Part shown: one piece after another, positions 25,187 through 36,900 of the stretch
How positions within the stretch are numbered: the stretch's first letter is position 1
Layout: each line of letters begins with the position of its first letter
DNA from: Macrostomum hystrix
Taxonomy: Eukaryota; Animalia; Platyhelminthes
Direction of reading: 5' to 3'
DNA length: 64,000 nucleotides
Assembly (NCBI GenBank): GCA_950097015.1
Contig: CATNEN010000001.1
Location: 22,568,001 to 22,632,000 of the forward strand
Position numbers and translations under genes: made by a program
Notes under the pieces: generated by a model
What the model saw: the letters and a program-made list of their open reading frames with translations, nothing else
Databases searched by the model: none
Told to the model about the DNA's origin: nothing

Positions 25187-25535
25187 TGCGACTATTCCTA
25201 TTCTGGTTTGCCTTGATCCCAATCTAGTTATGCCACGATTCCTATTCTGGTTTGCCTTGATCCCAATCTAGTTATGCGACTATTCCTATTCTGGTTGCCA
25301 TGATCCAACTTAGTTATGCGACTATTCCTATTCTGGTTTGCCTTGATCCCAATCTAGTTATGCGACTATTCCTATTCTGGTTTGCCTTGATCCCAATCTA
25401 GTTATGCGACTATTCCTATTCTAGTTTGCCATGATCCCAATCTAGTTATGCGACTATTCCTATTCTGATTTGCCTTGATCCCAATCTAGTTATGCGACTA
25501 TTCCTATTCTGATTTGCCTTGATCCCAATCTAATA
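25187..25535. repeat. 44-bp minisatellite (2 x 22-bp subunits), ~8 copies
   Basis: GCGACTATTCCTATTCTGGTTTGCCTTGATCCCAATCTAGTTAT at 25318, 25362, 25406 etc. Confidence 0.92.
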
Positions 25536-26915
25536 CCCTGCACTAATATTGGCAAAACTTTTAAAAGTTTTAGAAATTTCCATTTTTGCACATAGTTTAC
25601 ACAAATGCGCGCTATCAGATGATGCATGTTTTGTTGAAGTAGATAGAAAGTTTCACTCGTAGCAGAAAATTTTCATTACCTTACAGACGCCCATCTTACT
25701 AATCATAATTCTGGTAAACAATGAGTCCAATTTTCCATTCTTCAATGATCCCATTCGTATCATGACATGAGCCAACTTTCATTATGCGATAATTCCAATT
25801 CTGGTTTGCTATGATCCCAATTTAGTTATGCAAGGATCCGAACTTAGTTATGCCAAATGATCCCAATTAGGCTAAGCAATGATCTCAGTCCTGTTATGCA
25901 ATGAACCCAATTAGGCTAAGCAATGATCTCAGTTCTGTTATGCCACAAACACTTATTACATCTTTAGACAGAGAGAAAGATGGGTTTGAGTTGCAGTTTG
26001 ACAAGATCAGAGCTATAAAGACAGTTTTCAACGGCCATAAAAGCTTATCAGTTTTAATGGCTGTACTTGACAATTTGCACCTGTAATTACACTGCGGTAC
26101 CGCAGGCAGCGGTTTAAATCTTTGTATTATGAAAGCTACTTTAATTTGATAGCTAATCAATTATTGAGATCAGTCAAATAAAAAACTTTTCTCCAGCAAT
26201 AAATTATAAGTTTTGATTGGCTGAGCCTGGACAACGTGTACCTGTAACTGTTCGGACTAAGGTGGGGCAGAGGCTAAAATGGTCTGTCAAAACATGGCTT
26301 TTTAATCAGATAACAGATAAATTAAGATGAGAAAGCGAAAATGTTCTACCTGGCCATGATTTACGATCTAATTTGATGACAAATTAATTACGTTGGAAAA
26401 GCTAAACGTTTTTACTTGACCATAATCAGCTCTTAGACCTACCAGCTTTAGCGGTTGCGGTAAGTCGCCTCATTCCACAGCCAATCAGTAAAGGTCAGTA
26501 ATTAATTACCGCAAAGCTCACCTTTATAACTTAACACCTGATACATGCTGTACCTGTTAGATCAAAGTCATTAAAGACTAATTTATGTAATTATACCAGC
26601 AAACAAAAATGTCAATCCACCCCACCAAAACTGCGCTCGTGTGCCCCATATAAGAGCTCGTAACAAGGCAGCCGCAGCTAGTCGCACATAAAGAATAAAA
26701 AAATTTCTTAGTCATTAAGTTAATTTTTGCTATTTCAAAATGAAAATTAGTAATAATTTTTTACGGAGGCCCAGTTGGACGCCGCGGTCGCCGTGGAGGA
26801 CGAAAGGCAAAGAAAAATAGTAAGTTTTTTATTTTGCCGATTTTTGTTTTATGTGATCCGCAAGCTTATTTGCATTGAGGTACAACTGTTCATGTTGTTT
26901 CTCTCTTACTCAACA

Positions 26916-27382
26916 GTTCGCTGCTATCTTTGTGCCGGGCCGCATCCGGTCCGGCGTTGCCCGGCCCTGGCTTAGCAGCGGCAGCAGCAGCAACAGGCAC
27001 CTAAGCAGCAGCAGCAGCCAGCTAAGCAGCAGCCAGCTCAGCAGCAGCAGCAGCCAGCTCAGCAGCAGCAGCCGCCAGCTCAGCAGCAGCCTGCTCGGCA
27101 GCAGCTGTCGGATTATGAGGCTGAGGACGAAGAAATGTTGCTTCACAACTAATTGCTTCAGTCAAGACTTAGTTAAAAACTGAGACTGAACGAGCTGCCC
27201 GACGAGGAACAGCGGCAGCGGGATGCTCAGCGCAGAGATGTCATGACTGAGGCTGAGCGAGCTGCCCGACTGGAGGAACAGCGGCAGCGGGATGCTCAGC
27301 GCAGAGATGCTGAGACTGAGGCAGAGCGAGCTGTCCGACTGGAAGCCGAGCAGATTCGTCGCCGTGGAGCTTTGGTTTCCAA
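26916..27382 (+). pseudogene. Helitron ORF N-terminal exon(s): Zn knuckle, Gln/Pro-rich tract and 23-aa STPR-like repeats
   Basis: CYLCAGPHPVRRC knuckle, (CAG)-rich tract, and 69-bp repeats encoding TEAERAARLEEQRQRDAQRRDAE; contains frameshifts and stops. Confidence 0.65.
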
Positions 27383-27589
27383 GTGAGTTTTATGAGGCTC
27401 TATAAAATAACGTTACATAACATGGTCATGGTTTTATTTAATTTTTTTCTAAATTGCCTCTTAAGTGTTGCTTTTTTAGCACCCATCGCATGCTGTAGAT
27501 TTAAGTAATTTAACCTGCAGTCCAACAATTGGTTTAAAAAGCCCTAAATGCAGCTGTGCTTTATTTTCACTGCATTGAAAACTTAGGTC

Positions 27590-28142
27590 GGACGCCCAGC
27601 AGCAAGGTACGGAAGCTATTGTACCCTTTGAGCAGTTGCAGGTAATCCCCATTGTGGGTGATGGCAATTGCTTCTTTTATGCCGTGTCTGATCAGCTGCG
27701 TGGAACCCCGCTGGAAACTGACGCAGCCTCCTTGCGGCAGGATTTGTCTTGCCGTGTTGCAGAACTCATGCCACAGCTGGTTGCAGATAACCTCATTGCA
27801 CCTGAGAGTGCTGATGAGATCGTGAATTCCTCTTTTCAAGCAGGAACTTATGTTTCAGATGAAGTTGCCTCTTTGTTGAGCCGCTGCTTTAATGTGGACC
27901 TGGTCATTTACCAGGCCAAAATCTGCATCCTCCTAATGCGATTGTGCGGGTGCAATTGCGCCATGAACATTACGAGTCACTGAGACTTCGAGAGCCTTTG
28001 CAAGCCCTTTCAGATGCAGAGTTCCCAAGACTGGCAGCATGCAGAACTCCTGCCAAGAGGGACAAGAAAGCCAAGGGCCCGAGAGCGATGCCAGCTGACA
28101 GCCCCAGCTCATGTGCTAACACTGGAGCACAGACTGAGCAGA
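27590..28142 (+). pseudogene. OTU-family cysteine protease domain (frameshifted)
   Basis: IPIVGDGNCFFYAVSDQL catalytic Cys motif; HEHYESLR His motif in the adjacent frame. Confidence 0.8.
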
Positions 28143-28294
28143 TGTGAGTAACTTGCTTTTGTTATTTTGCATATATCTGCTAAATCAGTTCAATCTGCCG
28201 ACACAAATAAATGACTAGCATCGAAAGCAATGTCAAAAAAATCAATGTACTATCTTAATAAACTCTGCTCAACCCCTACTTAAACCCCGCTCAC

Positions 28295-28835
28295 AGGCAT
28301 GCCGAGCCGGTGATGCCAGAAGCCCCGGCTCACCAATGCGGCCCAATAAACCGCGTCTGCAATGACTGCGGCGCCCTGCTGTGGGCCAAGGAGACGAGCA
28401 ATTTCTGCTGCGCCAAGGGCAAGGTGAAGCTGCCAACCCGCTCCATGCCGCAGGTACTGGCAGACCTGTACACGGGACAGCACCGCCTTAGTGCAGAGTT
28501 CCTGGCTAACATCAGGAACTACAACTCTGTGCTGCACCTGACATCTCTGGGTGCGAAGCTCGGACTGGTGCCTGGCTGGAGTCCCAGCTTCGTCATCAGC
28601 GGCCAGCTCCATCACAACATGGGGCCGCTGCTTGCCGACACCTCAGCCGTGCCGCATGGCTGGCAGGTGTACTTCATGGACCGCGACCTGAAAGGCGCCT
28701 GAGCCTCAGCCAGAAGGTGAAGCCGGAGCTGCTGGAGGTGCTGCAAACTGTGCTGCACGAGTGCAACGGCTATGTGCAGAGCCTGCGAGCTGCTGCTCAG
28801 CGGATCAGTGGCGACCCTGAGCTCGGACCCGGTTT
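28295..28835 (+). pseudogene. Helitron RepHel N-terminal region, 3'-truncated before the Rep and helicase motifs
   Basis: GPINRVCNDCGALLWAKE...CCAKGKVKLP, FLANIRNYNS...TSLG, FVISGQLHHNMGPLL, QVYFMD and LLEVLQTVLHECNGYVQSL match conserved Helitron N-terminal motifs. Confidence 0.88.
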
Positions 28836-28844
28836 AGAAGTCAT

Positions 28845-29495
28845 CGTCCGCCGGACGCCTTTCGGACCCCTACGGTCCCATTTTGGCTTTCGTCAGCTCA
28901 GCTAAAAAAATCGAGATAGCTGCCCGGTGTAAAAAGCATCGTCGAAAAGACGTCTTTTCGACGCCTACGGTCCGATCTAACCCTATGTCAGCTCAGCTAA
29001 AAAAAATCGAATTAGCTGCTGAAAACGTCTTAAGAGGTCTTGATTTCAGTTATAAATGCATTTAAAAGATGAAAAAATGTGTACTTCGTACAGTCCGATT
29101 TTAGTCCGAAAATGGCCGACGCGTCGACCGGCTCCAAAATGGTCCGATTTGAGTCCGAAAAAGGCCGACGAGAAAGACGATGTTTCAAAAAAAATTACTC
29201 GTGAGTTAGCTGCTAAAAACGTCTTAAAAGGCCTTGATTTCAGTTCTAAATGCATTTAAAAGATGAAAAAATGTGTAATTCGTACAGTCCGAAATTAGTC
29301 CACAAAAGGCCGACGCGTCCGCGGTCCGTTTTGAGTCCTCAATAGGGCGACGAGGAGGACGATGTTCCATAAAAAATTCTTGAGTTAGCTGCTGAAAACG
29401 TCATAAAAGGCTTTATTTTCCGTTAATTATGCATTTAAAAGATGAAAAATTGTGTAATTCTAACAGTCCGATTCCAGTCCGCAAAAGGTCATTTT
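28845..29495. repeat. Degenerate tandem repeat with ~180-195-bp period
   Basis: ATGCATTTAAAAGATGAAAAA recurs at ~29056, 29250 and 29429; TTAGCTGCT(G/A)AAAACGTC also recurs. Confidence 0.8.
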
Positions 29496-31029
29496 TTGAT
29501 CTACTGTACAGAACCTAACATGCTTGAAATACTACTCGTATTTAAACGTTAGTAGTGCAGCAAGTTAAATGTTTGGTTTGTATAATCGTAATATTTAGTT
29601 TTTAGATATAAATTATTTACTATACATATACTTACTGTTCTACTGCTCAGTGAGAGCTAGGAAATAAAATTTGTGTGCATCAGTGAAACAATTTACGAGT
29701 ATATAGTGGAATCATCAAAATATTCTGAGCGTGTATACAATTCGATCTTCTGGTCGGCCATGCATATTCCGGCTGTCTGCAGTAAACCGCTCAATAGCCG
29801 TATAAAATGATTGATACTGCGGCAACTGCTTTAATTGCATTACATCTCGAATAGCTATGTATTTAGGAGTATATAGAATAGGTAGAAATCGCATAATTGT
29901 GATGGTCCGTTTTCCGTCCGATTTGAGTCCGTAAAAAGGCGACGTGAATGTAAAATTTAACAAACACATGTATTTTGACCGCAGGCAATAAAAAGTTTTG
30001 TCTCAGAATAAGCCAGTTGCACTAAACTTAATAGGAAGTCAGAATCAATTTTTTAGTTTCAAATTGCAGCTTAAAAACGAAAGAATGGCCTGAGCAAAGT
30101 TTTTGAAAGCGCATGCACTGCAAACTTTCACTTTGACCTGACCGGATCCTCAATTAATTAGCTATTATGTACGTGAGAATTCTCGATTCGATCAACGAAT
30201 TCTCAAAAACTGTTCACAGTAAGACACTGAAATTCATTAGACAAGACAAAGTGAATATAAACACCGATATCAAACTCGCCATCACTTTGTGGTTTATCTA
30301 TATAAGTTAATTATTAAGTGAAAGTCTATTTGATCAGCAATGTCAGTGTAGCTTAGTTAGGATATATTATGAAGCTACAGGATTATTTTTTCCAAAAAGA
30401 GAGTTATTTTAAAGCGCATAGTGTATATTTACTTTTATTTAGCAAAAAATACATATTTTTGCAACATATTATAATGAATTGTACCAAGTGAGGCTTAAAT
30501 GCCTATATACTGTATAGCTAGGTTACAATTCCTATTTTCTGCTCTAGATACTTCAAGTCTAACTTCTGTTTATTCTTGGGCTTTCACAAGTGGCTATTTT
30601 ATTGAAACAGTGAAAGAAACTGTTATATAGCTATGATATGAGAACTAATTGTCATGAAAAATGTATTATTACTTATTAGCTGGTTTAGGTATGTGGCATG
30701 CAGTTTTGGTCATGCTTAGGCATTAAGAAGCAAAGATCTGTCAGTTAACAGTGAGCTATAGTCAATCATGCCTTTCATAATCTTGGATGGCAGCAGCACT
30801 CAGGCTAGCTCTTGTTGGCCAAGCACCAGATACAGTAGAAGTTCCAGTAAGCTCTCGTACATGCAGATTGAGAATCTTGCCATTCCTGAACCTGTTTGAA
30901 AAGGATAAGGTGGTTAAGAGAGTTGTTGGTTAGCTTGTTGGTTTTAAATGTATTAAACAGAGCAGAAAAATAAATAACAGCACATATATTATATATAGGC
31001 TAAGTAATTAATATAATTTATTATACCTA

Positions 31030-32030
31030 TCCGGCCAATTGTGCAGTATAATCAAGAGCACAGCCACAGCTATTGTGCAGCATACGCTCGAATCTAAAGG
31101 CTGCACATGGCTGTTCAGTCCATGGACTGAGGGATGCCAGACCCACCTTAAGTTCAAATAGCTAATATTGGTACCCATTTTACAGCTAGCTTGGATAAAC
31201 AGAGGGGCGGATAGCTCGGTCTGTAAGGTGTCGGACTCTGGATCAGATGGTCCTGGGTTCAACTCCCGACCTAGTCTAGAACTATTCGTGCAGCCTTTGG
31301 GAAGCTGCTTTGCCCTGATGTGCACACAGTCTACTCAGCTGCAAATGAGTACCGATATTTCGTCGGGGAATAATAATTCCGGCTGGCGTGAAATTAAGCA
31401 GTTCTGTGCGGCAATTCAGTGGGTTTGGATGCTGCCGATATGTTTGGAAAAAATAAATTCCATTGCTGACACGCGACTGTCAACCGGTGTCCGAGAGGGC
31501 CGGGGAGTACATTAGGTGTGCAGTCCCCACCTGCTAGTGTGCTTGACACACAACACCTGCACTGGCCCTTGTGTCTAGTGTCATTATTATTATTATTTTA
31601 CAGCTGGGTTGTAGCCCAGCAGTTAGAGCGTCAGACTCGCATCTTGAAGGTTGATGGTTCGATTCCTGACTCCTGTTTCTTTAAGAAACAAATTGAAATT
31701 TGTGTCTCTAAGATAGGCAATTAACTCTGAATTGCTTCAGTTCAGCTAGCTATTATATGGGTACCAGTATTAGCTGTGGTAACTTATAGTGGGTGTAGCC
31801 ATCCCCAGTCGATGGACTGTACTGGCTGTAGTCCATAGCCGTACACAGTCTTCAGATGCGCCGCACAATAGTTGCAGCTGTGCTGTCGGCTACACATCTG
31901 GCCCATAGTGATAGTTGTAATTAGTTAATGGATTATTATTAATTTTATAACAGGGTGAACTGAAGCAAGCAAGTTAGGCCTCTTGCCAAAGGGCATAAGT
32001 TGTACCAGTAGAGTTAGGAATCAAACCCCC
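31030..32030. mobile_element. Cluster of nested tRNA-derived SINE copies and fragments on both strands
   Basis: tRNA-like heads with A/B boxes at 31203-31275 (TAGCTCGG...GGTTCAACTCC) and 31605-31675 (TAGCCCAG...GGTTCGATTCC). Bodies are homologous to 18100-18385. Confidence 0.75.
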
Positions 32031-32129
32031 ACCCTAATTCCCCCCTGCCTCATCTATCCTATGTCTAATCCCTGCCCTTTCTCAGATTCCTACATTTAAT
32101 ACAGCCGTCGTCTTTTAGGTTCTGTAAGT

Positions 32130-33286
32130 TGTGATATTTTGACTTAGGTCTCTCTTTACGTTGAGATTCCTAAATGAGGTCGGGTGTCCTACTCTTTGTG
32201 AGAGATTCTCTTTTCGCAACTCGAAAATAACGAAGACAAGACGATTCAAATTCCAAGCTAAACAGCTGATATTTAAGTGTTAATTAGTAAATAAGAGAAA
32301 GCTATGATCACTGATCAATTCCCCTGGCAGCGCTCTTTTCGTCCCCTGCCAGGTACTGTACTTAATTCAATCCAATTCACAATTCGCACTAACAAAATCT
32401 CGATAACCGCAACACAAAACACGAACTCTACTCGATAATACGACACGATAAACAACACAAATAAATCCTAGACAAACAGATAGTCCCTATAACAAACAAG
32501 ACAAATAACGCGAAACCTAACCAAAATCCCTAACATAAAACCGAGGCGACCAGCAAGCACTTCTGCACTATGGCACAACGATAGTTCTATCGTGCCACAC
32601 CTAATGTCTGTTCGACGGCGTCCCACCGATGATTGTCGGCGATATGGAGAGTGCTTCCGTGCTTGCCAATCCCTATCTAACACTCCGTCAGCAGTTGGCC
32701 AGACGTACCGAGCTCAGCGCAAGCTACTTACTGACGTGGGGTTGAGTGTGGGGGTTTTCTTTGACTAACTAGTTGGACCGGTTTACCTGTCCCGGTATCT
32801 ATTTACTAGGATGCGTAACACGAATGAGAACAATATCAAGATCAAGAGCAAGAGCAAGGTCAAACGCGAGACCAGAATCACATGAGAACAATATTTCAGC
32901 GCAATAGTCAGTTTTATAGTCAAGCGCCCGCCCCAGCCCTCATCAAAGCCTGGGTGCCGGCCGCGCCGCTTGTTCTTCTGCCAGGTCGACCCTGCCGGTT
33001 AACGAACCGGCTGCTGATTGGCCCGGCTCGGGGTGTCGCACTTAAGTCGGTTCACTTCAATCGGCTAGCCGTCCTCCCATTGGTTGGGCCCACCAGACCA
33101 GGGCTAGTCTGATGCCTTGGCTGTAGAGCAGGGGTGACCGGCCGGTCGCGTGTTAGGCCTGGCTGGGGTGCGCATGTACAAACAACTAACCTATCAGATA
33201 CATTAAAATAATTCATAATATTGACGTGCGCGAATAAGTTACTACAAGTAGAAATATACGCATTATAAAAACATGCCGACACTACA
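32130..33286 (-). repeat. 3' LTR
   Basis: TG...CA ends; matches 40368-41524 at a constant offset of 8238. Confidence 0.96.
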
Positions 33287-33298
33287 CTCCCCCCTCCT
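33287..33298 (-). promoter_or_regulatory. Polypurine tract AGGAGGGGGGAG
   Basis: Directly abuts the 3' LTR; a second copy lies at ~33417-33440. Confidence 0.9.
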
Positions 33299-33918
33299 AA
33301 AAGAAGTGGAGTGCGAACAAAACAGAAAATAAGGGACACAAGACTCGATGCCAAAATAAAACTGGAAACCGAGATTTAAACAGAAAACGAAAATTTTCAA
33401 CTCCTCTGGGGGACACCTCCTCCCCCCCTCCTAAAAGAATAGGAGCTGGTTTAACGCGAAAAAGAAAATTTTACGCTATCTATAATCGTATTAAAGAAAC
33501 AATACAGAAAGCAAAGGTTGTCCAAAGCACAATGTTTTGACTAACGCTTGTATTCCTTCGTCGCCGAAAAGGTACAATTTCAAAAAAATTTAGATTAATA
33601 ATAACAGAACTAAAGCATATTAAGGTTTGCTTAAAGAATTCCATTAGATTTAAATTCAAAATACAAAATTCTGCAACTTGTCATCAAAATTTTACGATTA
33701 ACTACAAAAGGAACAATAGAATGATCAGTTTAACAGCAAATTTAACAATTCGACTTCAAAATTCAACACTTGATTACAAAATTTCAATCAATATTCATGC
33801 CTTTTTCAGCGCAAATTTTCTGACATTATAATTTAATTTGCAAGAAATATACTACTCTTAAAAGTATATCACACACTTCCGCAAGGAAGATCTGTACGAT
33901 TCACGGACTCAACAATTT

Positions 33919-36900
33919 TCACAAATCCAATCTACTGGGCGGTCGGATACACGCTCTGTTTCTCAATCTCGGAGCCCAACGCTCCTGAACTGGTAATTCC
34001 TCTCTTTGTCCTCGGGGCCGGCGTCCTCGGCCTTCTCGGTTCACTACGGCTGGCGGCACTGCGCCACCGCGCGCCGTTGGCACAACTAGCGTGGCTCGCG
34101 GAATCTCTGTCCGCACTGGAATTACTGGCACCCTTGGCACTGACGGCATTGCCTGCCTGTTCGGCACCGGTATCTGTGACGGTGCTTGCCGTGGCGCTAC
34201 TTGGTGTGGTGGCCAATCGATTTCAATATCCGGGTATTCTTCCTCCGGTTCCACCTCTGGCGCTCCGGCGCCGACTATCCCACGCCATGCGCATAATTTT
34301 TCTTCCGACAGATAACACGGTTTGACGCGATCTACACTGACTATTTCGTGGATCCGATCTGGCTGTTCAATGCCATGAAACTTGGGTCCGGGTTCGATTC
34401 TTAAACACTTGCCACTACCGGTGACCTCAAGTACGCGGTATGGTCCGACCCACTTCCGGTTCGTATTAAACTGTTTGTGGCCATTCGAAAGCCAAACTAA
34501 ATCATTCGGTTTATAAAAATTTTGAAATACTTTTGCGTCGTAGTTGGTTTTCATTCGAGTTATTGCTACTGATTGTCGTTGCCTAGCAACGCGAAAGGTC
34601 TCCATGCACTTCCGGTACAATTCATGCACGTGCCGATCCGCAGTTTTTTGTTCTGGCGGAGGCAAACCGATTTCTGCGTCTACTGGCAGTCTCATCTTTC
34701 TGGCAAATAGCATTTCAAATGGACTGAACTTGTTCGACTCGTTAATCGCACTGCGCTGTACCATCACGACGTGGGGCAAGACTTCATCCCACGCGAGGTC
34801 TAGTTCGTCACGCGCTAGCTTAATTCCATCCTTCACAACTCTGACCATTCGCTCACACTTCCCATTCGCTTGTGGGTGGTAACTAGTAGTGTGGCGCAAA
34901 TCAATACGGAAATTCTCCGTTAAGCTCTTCACGATATCTGCGGTGAAAGAAGCTCCTCTATCAGAAATGAATGCTTCCGGTGCGCCATATCGGCAAATCC
35001 ACTCCGTGTACAGAGTCCATGCGGTGCTCTCTGCTGTACAATCGCGGAGGGCCTTCACCTCCATCCATCCGGTGAAATGATCGACCATCAGCAGCAGGTA
35101 TTTATTCCCTCGCTGCGTTGTGTCAAAGGGTCCTGCGTAGTCTATGTGGACCTTCTCGCCCATGTAGCTACTAAGCTCGGGCTCCAATGGCGCTCTCAAA
35201 TTCGGGCCGTATTTCTTTCTAGTCTGACATTCCGGACAAGTCTTAATATAGCGTTCTAAATTCGCAGAATAATTTGGCCACCAGAACCGTTGTCTAATCA
35301 GGTCTCTGGTCTTGGAGATTCCTCCGTGGGCCATCTGATTATGATACCGCTCGAACAATTGCTTTTCGAGTTGCTCACTTTCTGGCAGCACGATCTGCTT
35401 AAATTCGCGGCCTTCATGATCTCTATAACATCTGTAGATAATGTTCGAGTCTACAGTCAACTTGTCATAATCACTGTACAAGGACTTATAACTCCGATGC
35501 ATTCCGATCCATTCGATCTTTGGCGGGCACTGCTCTCGCGCTAACAGGCGGGTTTTCAGTTTCAGCAACTCAGGCTGGCCGTCCTGAAGTTCGACCACAC
35601 CTGCCGGAGAACTTATGTCTATGGCCCCGCAATCTATTCCGTCCGGTTTTCTAGCTGTATTGCACGTGGGGCACTCCTCGTGGTACTTTTTCGGGGGTCC
35701 GTCACGTGATGGTCGGCGGCTTAACGCATCTGCATTGCCATGACTCAGACCTTGACGATATTCTATGGTAAAATCGTACTCTTCCATTCGGCTTATCACT
35801 TCGAACTGATCGAACTGTTCGAGGATCATGTTCCATCTTCCCAACATGCCCTTCGCACCGTGGCACTTCCTCAGCCACTGCAGTGCCGCGTGATCTGTTC
35901 TGATCTTAAAATGGCGACCAATCAGATACGGGCGATAGTGCTCGAGAAAATAAATTAGGGCGTACATCTCCTTCATCGTAGTGCAGTAATTCAACTGGTG
36001 CTGATTTAACGGGTGGGACGCATAAGCGATCACCTTCTCTTCCCCGTCCTGCTCTTGCAACAAATTCCCTCCGATCGCGCTGTCGCTGGCGTCTACATCC
36101 AGGACAAAGGGTCCAGCTTCCTTATCGAATCTGGGATAGCTGAGGACAGGCGCGTGGGTCAATTTTTCTTTCAGCAGTTCGAAGGCTTTCTGGCACTCCT
36201 CATTCCAATGATATTTAACATCCTTTCGAGTCAGATTATTCAGCGGTTCGCTGATTCGGGCAAAGTCTTTAATAAATCGGCGATAGTAGCCTGCTAATCC
36301 TAGGAATCCTCTAAGCTCAGAGATGTTCTCTGGCCTAGGCCATCGTTGTACTTTCTCAATCTTGTCTTTACTGGTGTACACACCATGCTGACACACAGTA
36401 TGACCGAGGAATTCAACCTCCTTCCGAAAGAGAAAAGTCTTTTCGGGCTTAATTTTCATTCCTGCTTCCTCTAATCTGGCAAAAATAAGATCTAAATTTC
36501 TCAGCATCTCTTCGAAATTCTTGCCCGTGCAAATGACATCATCTAAATACAACAGGGCGAACTTGTAAGCGTAATCTCCTAAGATTCGCTGCATGATCCT
36601 TTGGAAACAGGCTGGACCGTTGGTTACTCCAAACGGCAGCACCTTCCACTGGAATAATCCATCGTGGGTTCGAAACGCCAATTTCTCTCTGTCACTCTCG
36701 CGCACTTTGACAGACCAGTAAGCTCCTACCATGTCAAGTGTGCTAAAGTACTGGTTGCCGGCGAGGGACTCTAATGATTCTTGAATTAATGGCAATGGGA
36801 AACTGTCCTTCTTAGTCTTGTTATTCAACTGTCTAAAATCACAGCAAAAGCGAAATTCACCGTTCTTCTTCCGAGCGAGGACTATAGGACAACTCCACTC

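Noticed and set aside
25187-25535. CRISPR-like appearance of the regular arrays (also 7556-7750, 8420-8635, 46830-47010)
   Set aside because: Units are contiguous with no unique spacers, there are no cas genes, and the context is eukaryotic; these are minisatellites.
31203-31675. tRNA genes
   Set aside because: A/B boxes are present but there is no convincing acceptor stem, and they continue into repeated SINE bodies. The same applies to the tRNA-like piece at ~7830-7900.
32468-33112. ORFs duplicated at 40706-41350
   Set aside because: They lie within the LTRs, so their identity reflects LTR duplication rather than coding constraint.
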